Origin: Pseudomonas aeruginosa PAO1
Lineage (GTDB): Bacteria; Pseudomonadota; Gammaproteobacteria; Pseudomonadales; Pseudomonadaceae
Direction: 5' to 3' (one strand)
Assembly (NCBI RefSeq): GCF_000006765.1
Contig: NC_002516.2
Length of the DNA stretch: 64,000 nucleotides
This document shows, in pieces, positions 40,173-46,721 of this stretch (its first letter is position 1; each line of letters starts with the position of its first letter). A program made the position numbers and the translations under genes. The notes under the pieces were generated by a model. That model did no database searches. It saw nothing but the letters and a program-made list of their open reading frames with translations, and was not told where the DNA came from.

Positions 40173-40466
40173 ATGTTTCGCACGGCGCTGACGCTGTTCA
40201 TGTCTTCGTTGGCAATTCCTGCCGTCGCCTCGATGAGATGCGGCACGCACCTGGTGGACGAGGGCGACAGCGTCGAGCAAGTCCTGGAAAGGTGCGGGCA
40301 ACCGCTGAGCAGGATCGTCAACGAGCCTGCCCTGCGCAACAACGGCGTGCCCAAGTTGAATGCCGCACGCACCGAATTCTGGGTGTATGGCCCCAGTGGA
40401 GGCGTCTACCGACACTTGCGCTTCATCGATGGCAAGCTGGTCGAGATTCGGCTCGAGCGGAAGTGA
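40173..40466 (+). CDS. DUF2845-like secreted small protein
   Basis: GGGAGG RBS, signal peptide, MRCGTHLVDEGDSVEQVLERCGQP. Confidence 0.8.
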   Translation: MFRTALTLFMSSLAIPAVASMRCGTHLVDEGDSVEQVLERCGQPLSRIVNEPALRNNGVPKLNAARTEFWVYGPSGGVYRHLRFIDGKLVEIRLERK

Positions 40467-40697
40467 TACGAGGCTGTTGAGGAGTTATTCCTACAGATAA
40501 TTACTAATTTGCTGCGGGACACCGTGAAAGAGCGCTGAGAGAGAAGACGAGCCGGGTGCGGGCCTAGGTGGATGCGTCTTCCGTCGTGTAGGAATTGCCC
40601 GATATCGGGCGGCGGGGCGGAAGGTTGCGGGCCACCCTGATCGCATACCTGAAAAGTTGGCGGCGTAATCTCCGCGATTTTCAGGCGAGGACGCGTC

Positions 40698-41174
40698 GTG
40701 TTGAAGTTATTGGTCGTGGTTGCTTCCCTGTTCATCGGCGGAGGCATGGCCATGGGAGAGCCTGGGGGGGCGGATGGGTTTTCCGCTGTCGCAGCGGTCG
40801 ATCCGGGAGCGAACCCCGAAGCGCAACTGGACGAGGAGCCCCAGGAGGTCAGCGAAGCGCCGGCCTATCGCGTGGATGACCTCACCTTCCTGTACCTCAC
40901 CCATGAGGTCTATCTGGAACCCTACGTTTCCTGCCGTCCGAAAGTCCTGGGCGAACGTTCGTACGTCGCCTGCTGGAACGAAACCTATTCCGGCCGCTCC
41001 CCGCTGAATTTCTGGGAATACGACGGGGGCGACTTCCTCGCCCTCAACGACCCGGCACGTGTGTTGGCCGAGGGAAAGTTCGCCAGCGAGCAGCGCATCG
41101 GCGAAGCGCCCCTGCCGCTGCCCCTGGATATCGATCTGGACCAGTTGGAGCGGGCCTACTCGCTGATGATGTAA
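40698..41174 (+). CDS. Hypothetical exported protein
   Basis: GAGG before GTG, hydrophobic N-terminus, acidic body, host-like codon usage. Confidence 0.72.
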   Translation: MLKLLVVVASLFIGGGMAMGEPGGADGFSAVAAVDPGANPEAQLDEEPQEVSEAPAYRVDDLTFLYLTHEVYLEPYVSCRPKVLGERSYVACWNETYSGRSPLNFWEYDGGDFLALNDPARVLAEGKFASEQRIGEAPLPLPLDIDLDQLERAYSLMM

Positions 41175-41260
41175 AGGAGAGGAACCTTCCGGCTGCGTCT
41201 CCGCCGAAATCCATGGGGCGCTTCCGATCTTTCCCGGGCTTTACGCGGTAAAGCCTGAAA

Positions 41261-41299
41261 ACAGAAAGCCCCTGGCACTGGTTGGTGTCAGGGGCTTTT
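41261..41299 (-). terminator. Original host tRNA-Gly terminator displaced by the prophage (likely bidirectional)
   Basis: AAAGCCCCTGGCAC-N6-GTGTCAGGGGCTTT with A/T tracts on both sides, just left of attL. Confidence 0.8.
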
Positions 41300-41310
41300 G
41301 CATTGGGATC

Positions 41311-41337
41311 TGGAGCGGGCGAAGGGAATCGAACCCT
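41311..41337. repeat. attL (duplicate of the tRNA-Gly 3' end)
   Basis: TGGAGCGGGCGAAGGGAATCGAACCCT identical to 53721-53747. Confidence 0.97.
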
Positions 41338-41430
41338 TTAAAATAGGGTTTTGAAGCGTTCCTATACATTCTAATGCCACTGCCTTCGATTTTTAGGCGT
41401 CTTACTCCGTAGCTCTTCGTGTCATTGATT

Positions 41431-41447
41431 TCGACACATTTTCGACA
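41431..41447 (+). promoter_or_regulatory. Candidate integrase arm-type sites (left arm)
   Basis: TCGACA direct repeat with 11-bp period; the same pair occurs at 53637-53653. Confidence 0.55.
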
Positions 41448-41462
41448 GGTCCTGCATGAGGA

Positions 41463-41491
41463 TTGCATTTTTATCCTGGTTGCTTTATGAT
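41463..41491 (+). promoter_or_regulatory. Sigma70 promoter of the ncRNA-RT-effector operon
   Basis: TTGCAT-17bp-TATGAT; predicted +1 at about A41498. Confidence 0.8.
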
Positions 41492-41497
41492 CACCTT

Positions 41498-41570
41498 ATG
41501 CCAAGACTAGGAGCAGCTCCAGTCACAAATGGCCTCTACAGTCGTCTAGTCTCCTGTTTACGTTTGTGTT
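41498..41570 (+). ncRNA. phrD: PhrD sRNA / candidate retron msr
   Basis: Starts at the predicted +1; closed by AGACTAG(41504-10)/CTAGTCT(41546-52) stem with internal GGAG-CAG-CTCC hairpin; PhrD identity and 3' end recalled from the PAO1 annotation. Confidence 0.65.
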
Positions 41571-41623
41571 GCCCTTTAGGCTCGGCTCGGGCTCGATGCC
41601 TAAAGGGCTTCACAAATAGTAAA
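41557..41623 (+). other. Long msd-like hairpin
   Basis: TTTAC-G-TTTGTG-TT-GCCCTTTAGGC ... GCCTAAAGGGC-TT-CACAAA-TA-GTAAA (22 paired positions); no U-tract on either strand. Confidence 0.75.
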
Positions 41624-41624
41624 T

Positions 41625-41750
41625 CCCCGCTCCCCGCTCCCCGCTCCCCGCTCCCCGCTCCCCGCTCCCCGCTCCCCGCTCCCCGCTCCCCGCTCCCCGC
41701 TCCCCGCTCCCCGCTCCCCGCTCCCCGCTCCCCGCTCCCCGCTCCCCGCT
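41625..41750. repeat. Perfect heptamer tandem repeat (CCCCGCT)18
   Basis: 126 nt, 18 exact units plus CCC; complement (AGCGGGG)18. Confidence 0.98.
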
Positions 41751-41968
41751 CCCTCGATCTTTTACTCATCCCCTCTGCTCTGGGTCTACCGTTTTTCTCT
41801 ACTGGGACTATCACGCCTTTGCGTCCTTCTCCCTTCCATTGTACCTTCTATGCGCTGTGCTACGAGCTTTATGGTGAGTCTTGTTCGCACCAATGTACAT
41901 TTATTGCTGTTGGCTATCGACTGGGTTCCAATATACGATGGAACCATAGATTTCTCGGCAGATGAGAT

Positions 41969-42925
41969 ATGAAGAAGAGACCTTTAGAAGATCTTTTTTT
42001 TGCGATGTACAGAGGGAAGCAGAGTTTCGAACACTTTGCCAATTGCTCTGTCGAAGGTTTATATGAGCCGGTGATGGTGAATGGACGACTCGTATATAAA
42101 ACCGATAAGGATCTGCGTGCGTATCATCGGTTTCTAAATAAATTCTTGTTTGAAAGGCTTCCTGTTGTTGATGATGTTGTGTTTTCTTATCGTAAAGGTG
42201 TTAACGCCGTAGATGCTGTCGAAAAGCATGCAGGTAGTAAGTTTTATTTTCAAACTGATTTAAGGGATTTCTTCAGTAGTCTAACTAAGTCTGATGTTAG
42301 AAGAACTCTGGAATGGGCGAAAGATGTTTGTGTTATTTCAGACTTAGATGTTTGGGTTGAGAGAATTCTGAAGTTGGTTACTATTGGTGATTCTTTGCCG
42401 ATGGGGTTTTCGACTTCCCCTGCAATTAGCAATGCATGCTTATACTCTCTGGATGGGATATTAAAGACGCATTGTTTAAGTAATGGTGTTATATATACTC
42501 GTTATGCAGATGATCTGATTTTTTCCTCGTCGAACAAGCAGGCGCTTGATCCTTTGTTTGGGGTCGTGTGTCGTACCCTCCAATCTGAGTTTTCAGGGCG
42601 GATGGGAATAAATTCACAGAAGACAAAGTACCTAAGAAAGGGGGGGAAAATTAAGCTGCTGGGGCTTAATGTTCTTCCTAATGGAAGAGTTACTGTGGAT
42701 ATGCGGCATAAAAAAGAAATAGAGGTTCGTCTTTTTTATTACGTAAAAGACAGAGCTAGGTTTTTGAAGATCATGGGCGAGGTGGATGATGAAAAAGCTA
42801 TTAAGAAATTCTCTGGTTTAATAAACTACGTAAATACTGTTGATCCGGCTTATCTTGATAAGCTTCGCAAGAAGTATGGCTTAACGATTGTTGATATGTT
42901 TATTCATAAATCACCGAAGCTCTAG
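41969..42925 (+). CDS. Retron-type reverse transcriptase, 318 aa
   Basis: FSYRKG, TDLRDFFSSL, LPMGFSTSPAISN, YTRYADDLIFS, INSQKT, KLLGLNV; no maturase, endonuclease or fused domains. Confidence 0.92.
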   Translation: MKKRPLEDLFFAMYRGKQSFEHFANCSVEGLYEPVMVNGRLVYKTDKDLRAYHRFLNKFLFERLPVVDDVVFSYRKGVNAVDAVEKHAGSKFYFQTDLRDFFSSLTKSDVRRTLEWAKDVCVISDLDVWVERILKLVTIGDSLPMGFSTSPAISNACLYSLDGILKTHCLSNGVIYTRYADDLIFSSSNKQALDPLFGVVCRTLQSEFSGRMGINSQKTKYLRKGGKIKLLGLNVLPNGRVTVDMRHKKEIEVRLFYYVKDRARFLKIMGEVDDEKAIKKFSGLINYVNTVDPAYLDKLRKKYGLTIVDMFIHKSPKL

Positions 42926-42927
42926 GT

Positions 42928-44253
42928 ATGAATTTTCAGATAGTAATAAATAATATCCAACATATTGGTTACGCTGAGCTTGATGTTGATTTAAATGCTA
43001 GTGGAATTATCTGTATAGTCGGGAAGAATGGAGTAGGAAAGACTACTCTAATTAAGGCTATTTTAAATTTAAAGTCTGCCGACACATTTTCTAGAACCGC
43101 CTCGCCTGGTATTTTTAAGGCTAATAGCTCAATGCGCTGTACCTATGGAGAGAACTCATATGAATTCTCTTTTGATTCAGATATAAATGATCTAAATAGC
43201 CGATCCCCTATTCCTGAAGAGTTAAAGTCTGTCATAGACGTTGAGTTACCTATGCCCTTTGGGCAGCGATTTAATAACTATCAAAATATTATGAGCGCGG
43301 ATATGGATATAAGAACCGCGTTGATATTGGGTGAGTACGAGGTACCCGTAGAGCTGATTAGCTTCTTAAGTGATATTTATAAGACCAATAAATTTAATGG
43401 ATTGGTAGAGGTCTCTGCAAAGGGGGGAAGTTACTATTGTATCCCTTTAGATGATGATCGATATGTTCGCGAAGATCACCTCAGTTCTGGAGAATTTTTT
43501 TTAATTAGTTTGTATAGGAAGATTAAGGGGCGTAGTAAGTTTATTGTCATTGATGAAATTGATATTTCTCTAGATGCTGCGGCGCAGGCCCATTTAATTG
43601 GCTGGCTGCGGCGCTTTTGTACAACGGAACAGGTAAAGGTTGTTTTTACTACCCACTCGCTAGCATTGATGAGGACATTAAAAGACGGTGAGTTGTTCTA
43701 TATGGAAGAAAGTGAAGGGAAAGTTAGTGTAATTCCTTCGTCATATAATTATATTAAAAGTGTTTTGTTTGGGTTTAAAGGGTGGGATAGATATATTCTG
43801 ACAGAGGATGCGATGTTGAAGTCTTTGTTGGAGTATGTTTTGGCTAACTATTGTTCTGGTCTTTTTTTTTCTTATCAGATTATCCATGTCGGTGGCGGGA
43901 GTAATGTGGTTGATCTGATGCGCCAAAATTCCACCGAAGGGTTTTTCTCGACGCCCGAAAATGTCATTTCGGTGCTAGATGGGGACCAAGCGGAGTATCG
44001 GTATGCTAGACGGCCCAATGTTTATTGCATTCCATTCTTGAGCGTTGAGAAAGCAATTTTTGCAGAGTACAAGGCCGGAAGATTTTTGCCGGAATTGGCG
44101 CCTGATCCTCGATTTGATACGCCCAAGAATTTTTGTTCGGCAATAGGTCGCGACCGACATGCAACTGAAGCGGATATAATTAAGTATCTTTGTGATAGTT
44201 ATCCAACGGAAGTGCGTAGATTTGCGCAAACCCTTAGTGACTTCCTTAGTTGA
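42928..44253 (+). CDS. ABC-type ATPase fused to a TOPRIM domain (OLD-like retron effector)
   Basis: GKNGVGKTT, LSSGE, FIVIDEID, TTHS; then ILTED, HVGGGSNV, VLDGD (TOPRIM E...DxD) and SVEKAI; 2 nt after the RT stop. Confidence 0.85.
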   Translation: MNFQIVINNIQHIGYAELDVDLNASGIICIVGKNGVGKTTLIKAILNLKSADTFSRTASPGIFKANSSMRCTYGENSYEFSFDSDINDLNSRSPIPEELKSVIDVELPMPFGQRFNNYQNIMSADMDIRTALILGEYEVPVELISFLSDIYKTNKFNGLVEVSAKGGSYYCIPLDDDRYVREDHLSSGEFFLISLYRKIKGRSKFIVIDEIDISLDAAAQAHLIGWLRRFCTTEQVKVVFTTHSLALMRTLKDGELFYMEESEGKVSVIPSSYNYIKSVLFGFKGWDRYILTEDAMLKSLLEYVLANYCSGLFFSYQIIHVGGGSNVVDLMRQNSTEGFFSTPENVISVLDGDQAEYRYARRPNVYCIPFLSVEKAIFAEYKAGRFLPELAPDPRFDTPKNFCSAIGRDRHATEADIIKYLCDSYPTEVRRFAQTLSDFLS

Positions 44254-44541
44254 TGGCATATATTCTCGGGGCAGCATGTGTTTGTCGCAGCAATCGAACC
44301 CAATTTTCTACTTACGCCTAGAATGCGGAACTAATTTCTCAGTGCTGACCTGTGAGAGGTGATTGAGGGGTAAGGCGGGAGTCATCGCAATTCTCATGTT
44401 TTCTCGGAGTTTTTGGGGGGGGGCTTGACCAAGGAAGTTAAGGACAATCGTCGTCTATGAGATTACCGTATCCTTGTCAGCTTCATTTCTTGCCTTCCAT
44501 CCGTAGGGCATACCATCGCAATGCTACTTTTCTAGTGATCG

Positions 44542-44808
44542 CTATCCCGCGTTTTGATTGGACAAGTTTCGATTGGCTTCGTCATAGTCGGGGCTAGTTT
44601 GGCCGACTTCTGGGGCGATGGAACCGCTTGCAATCCATAATGCGTAATTAGGGAAAATTTTTACTAGGACGTCGATTTCTTCCGTGCTCACGCGAATCGC
44701 GCCTTTGCTGACGCTTTTCCATCTCTCGTAATCGCCCCCGTGAAGGCTGACCTTTTTGGGGCCGATTTTCTTGATTAATAGTCTTGCTCTATCGGCTGAC
44801 GTGCTCAT
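44542..44808 (-). CDS. pf4r: Pf repressor C (immunity regulator), 88 aa
   Basis: MSTSADRARLLIKKIG...YALWIASGSIAPEVGQTSPDYDEAN; divergent from the excisionase. Confidence 0.9.
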   Translation of the reverse strand: MSTSADRARLLIKKIGPKKVSLHGGDYERWKSVSKGAIRVSTEEIDVLVKIFPNYALWIASGSIAPEVGQTSPDYDEANRNLSNQNAG

Positions 44809-44885
44809 ATAGAAATTTATTCCGGGGAAATAGTTGCCCTGACGTGGCTTTGGGGAAATAATTTCTCCAGGGTAATTATTTCTCT
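44809..44885. promoter_or_regulatory. Array of pseudo-palindromic operators between pf4r and xisF4
   Basis: GGGGAAATAGTTGCCC (44824-39), GGGGAAATAATTTCTCC (44852-68), AGGGTAATTATTTCTCT (44869-85), weaker TAGAAATTTATTCC (44810-23). Confidence 0.6.
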
Positions 44886-44926
44886 AGCTGCGTATGGCTA
44901 ATGCCACGAATAGTGACGGAATGAGC

Positions 44927-45142
44927 ATGGAACTGGAAGAGCTTAGCCCCAGTGCCCTGATAGGGCCGCAACAGGATGTGGAGTCCATCGAACGGTGGGC
45001 GGAGCGCAACGGCATCAGCTACGGCACCGCTCGCGCCTGGGTTTACCGGGGTGTGCTGCCGTCGGTGAAGCTGGGGAAGCTGCGCATGGTGAATAGCGCG
45101 CTGCTGCGTACCTGGCTGTTGGAACAGGAATGGAGTGCCTGA
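44927..45142 (+). CDS. xisF4: Excisionase / HTH activator
   Basis: SIERWAERNGISYGTARAWVYRGVLPSVKLGKLRMV (MerR/Xis-like HTH); start 44921 or 44927. Confidence 0.88.
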   Translation: MELEELSPSALIGPQQDVESIERWAERNGISYGTARAWVYRGVLPSVKLGKLRMVNSALLRTWLLEQEWSA

Positions 45143-45143
45143 T

Positions 45144-45356
45144 ATGCGCTACCTCGTAGAGATTTGCACCTTCCACGGCCCGACACGGCAACGTCGCTGG
45201 CATCGCGTCCATCAGGGCGGTTCCCGCGTGGAATGCCAACGCTGGGTCGAAGAGTTGGTGGCTGTCTTCCCGACTGAAGAAGAAGCTCGCCGCTCCTTCG
45301 GCCTGACCCGCGAACGCGCTCGGCAGGTGTACCGCATCCGTGGGGTGAGGGCATGA
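45144..45356 (+). CDS. Pf phage hypothetical protein (PA0717-like), 70 aa
   Basis: GGAG RBS; ATG directly after the xis stop; conserved position in Pf genomes. Confidence 0.75.
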   Translation: MRYLVEICTFHGPTRQRRWHRVHQGGSRVECQRWVEELVAVFPTEEEARRSFGLTRERARQVYRIRGVRA

Positions 45357-45359
45357 ACC

Positions 45360-45650
45360 ATGGCCGCCAGTCCCTACTACCTACGCCAAACCCACGCCCC
45401 GGACTGCGCCTGCTCTGTGTGCTGGTCCGCAAGGCAGGTCATCCCATTGCACAGCCCGTCGCCGTGTCCAGACTGTCGGCCCCCTGGGCTGCCCTATCTG
45501 GAAGGTGGCCGCTGGCTCTGCCGTCCCCGTTCCTTCTGCGCGAAACACGACCCGTCCCGGCGTCCGCCGAAGTACTGGCACGTTGTGTACGACAGCGGGA
45601 AGCCCACGCCCTTTGTGCCCGTGCGCGAAGCATTCCAACTGGAGGGCTGA
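45360..45650 (+). CDS. Pf phage Cys-rich protein (PA0718-like)
   Basis: CACSVC, CPDC and C..FC..H putative zinc-binding motifs. Confidence 0.75.
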   Translation: MAASPYYLRQTHAPDCACSVCWSARQVIPLHSPSPCPDCRPPGLPYLEGGRWLCRPRSFCAKHDPSRRPPKYWHVVYDSGKPTPFVPVREAFQLEG

Positions 45651-45653
45651 ACC

Positions 45654-46031
45654 ATGCTTGCTAAGACCCTGAAAGCGCTGCTCCTGCTCTGCCTGATCCA
45701 GGCCGCCCGCACCGTGGCCGATCCGGTCAAGGGCCGCGCTCCCGGCTCGTCGGAACAGCCTCACCGTTCCGGCGAACGGAAGCACGGGCGGAGCGCACCC
45801 TTGAACGCCTCCCCCCTGAAACAGCCTCCGCTGGGGAGTGTGGGGCAGCTTCTCCGCCCCGCGCTCCCGAGCCCTCGGCGGCAAGAGCGGGATGACAAGG
45901 GCAGAGCCCTTGGTGTTGCTCTGCGGGTTCCAAGGGGAAGCGTTCCCCTTGGCCGTCGGAGACGACGTTGCGATAGGGATCGTTCCCCGAATGGGCCGAG
46001 ACGAACACCCGTGGTTGGCTTGGTTCGCTAG
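45654..46031 (+). CDS. Pf phage hypothetical ORF (PA0719-like), overlapping a hairpin-rich region
   Basis: GGAGG RBS and hydrophobic N-terminus, but the remainder coincides with dense DNA secondary structure. Confidence 0.5.
   Translation: MLAKTLKALLLLCLIQAARTVADPVKGRAPGSSEQPHRSGERKHGRSAPLNASPLKQPPLGSVGQLLRPALPSPRRQERDDKGRALGVALRVPRGSVPLGRRRRRCDRDRSPNGPRRTPVVGLVR
45727..45952. other. Hairpin cluster, candidate ssDNA origin / packaging signal
   Basis: TCAAGGG/CCCTTGA + GCGCTCC/GGAGCGC stem (45727-45804) enclosing CCGTTC/GAACGG; perfect CCAAGGGGAA-GCG-TTCCCCTTGG (45930-52). Confidence 0.5.
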
Positions 46032-46165
46032 CGAATAGAGCCCGGCCCGAAGGGATCGCCCGACAAATCACTTTCACCCAACACCGCTGAATGAAGGCGA
46101 AACAGCCGAATTTGCAGCAGCGGGACAACTCACGCCGAAAAAGGCGAATTGAAGGAGAAACACCG

Positions 46166-46600
46166 ATGAACATGTTTGCAACCCAAGGCGGCGTCGTCGA
46201 ACTGTGGGTCACCAAGACCGACACCTATACCTCGACCAAGACCGGGGAAATCTACGCCTCGGTCCAATCCATCGCCCCGATCCCGGAAGGTGCCCGTGGC
46301 AACGCCAAGGGATTCGAGATCAGCGAATACAACATCGAGCCGACCCTGCTGGACGCCATCGTCTTCGAAGGCCAGCCGGTGCTCTGCAAGTTCGCCAGCG
46401 TGGTCCGTCCGACCCAAGACCGTTTCGGCCGGATCACCAATACCCAGGTCCTAGTGGATCTGCTGGCCGTGGGCGGCAAGCCGATGGCGCCGACCGCCCA
46501 AGCCCCGGCCCGCCCGCAAGTGCAGGCCCAAGCCCCGCGCCCGGCCCAGCAGCCGCAGGGCCAGGACAAACAAGACAAGACCCCGGACGCCAAGGCGTAA
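46166..46600 (+). CDS. Inovirus single-stranded DNA-binding protein (gene V equivalent), 144 aa
   Basis: AAGGAG RBS; MNMFATQGGVVELWVTKTDTY... with Q/P-rich tail, as in Pf1 SSB. Confidence 0.9.
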   Translation: MNMFATQGGVVELWVTKTDTYTSTKTGEIYASVQSIAPIPEGARGNAKGFEISEYNIEPTLLDAIVFEGQPVLCKFASVVRPTQDRFGRITNTQVLVDLLAVGGKPMAPTAQAPARPQVQAQAPRPAQQPQGQDKQDKTPDAKA

Positions 46601-46616
46601 GCCCTAGGAGGCCGCG

Positions 46617-46709
46617 ATGCTCCGCTATCTCTCGCTGTTCGCGGTAGGTCTGGCCACCGGCTACGCCTGGGGCTGGATCGACGGCCTAGCGGCCTCCCTG
46701 GCTGTTTGA
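46617..46709 (+). CDS. pfsE: 30-aa membrane peptide PfsE (superinfection exclusion / minor virion protein)
   Basis: AGGAGG RBS; [30 protein letters not shown]; below the ORF-track cutoff. Confidence 0.85.
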   Translation: MLRYLSLFAVGLATGYAWGWIDGLAASLAV

Positions 46710-46721
46710 GGACTGATCGCT

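Noticed and set aside
41456-41497. 5' extension of the 169-aa ORF 41456-41965
   Set aside because: Its ATG lies upstream of the -35 element, so it is outside the predicted transcript; only the ATG at 41498 is plausible
41557-41623. Long hairpin as an intrinsic terminator
   Set aside because: No U-tract follows the GC core on either strand, and the RT operon lies downstream on the same transcript
41625-41750. Repeat array as a CRISPR array
   Set aside because: Contiguous 7-bp units with no spacers, and no cas genes in the window
41536-41814. Minus-strand 92-aa ORF with (GAGSGER)n
   Set aside because: Open only because the heptamer has no stop codons; no RBS, antisense to the promoter-driven leader
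41969-42925. RT as group II intron or DGR enzyme
   Set aside because: Only 318 aa, no maturase X/endonuclease domain, no intron-like flanks, no TR/VR pair or avd gene seen; its partner is an ATPase-TOPRIM
44410-44430. T5-G9 homopolymer next to TTGACC as a phase-variable promoter
   Set aside because: No -10 hexamer at 16-18 bp and no convincing downstream ORF on that strand
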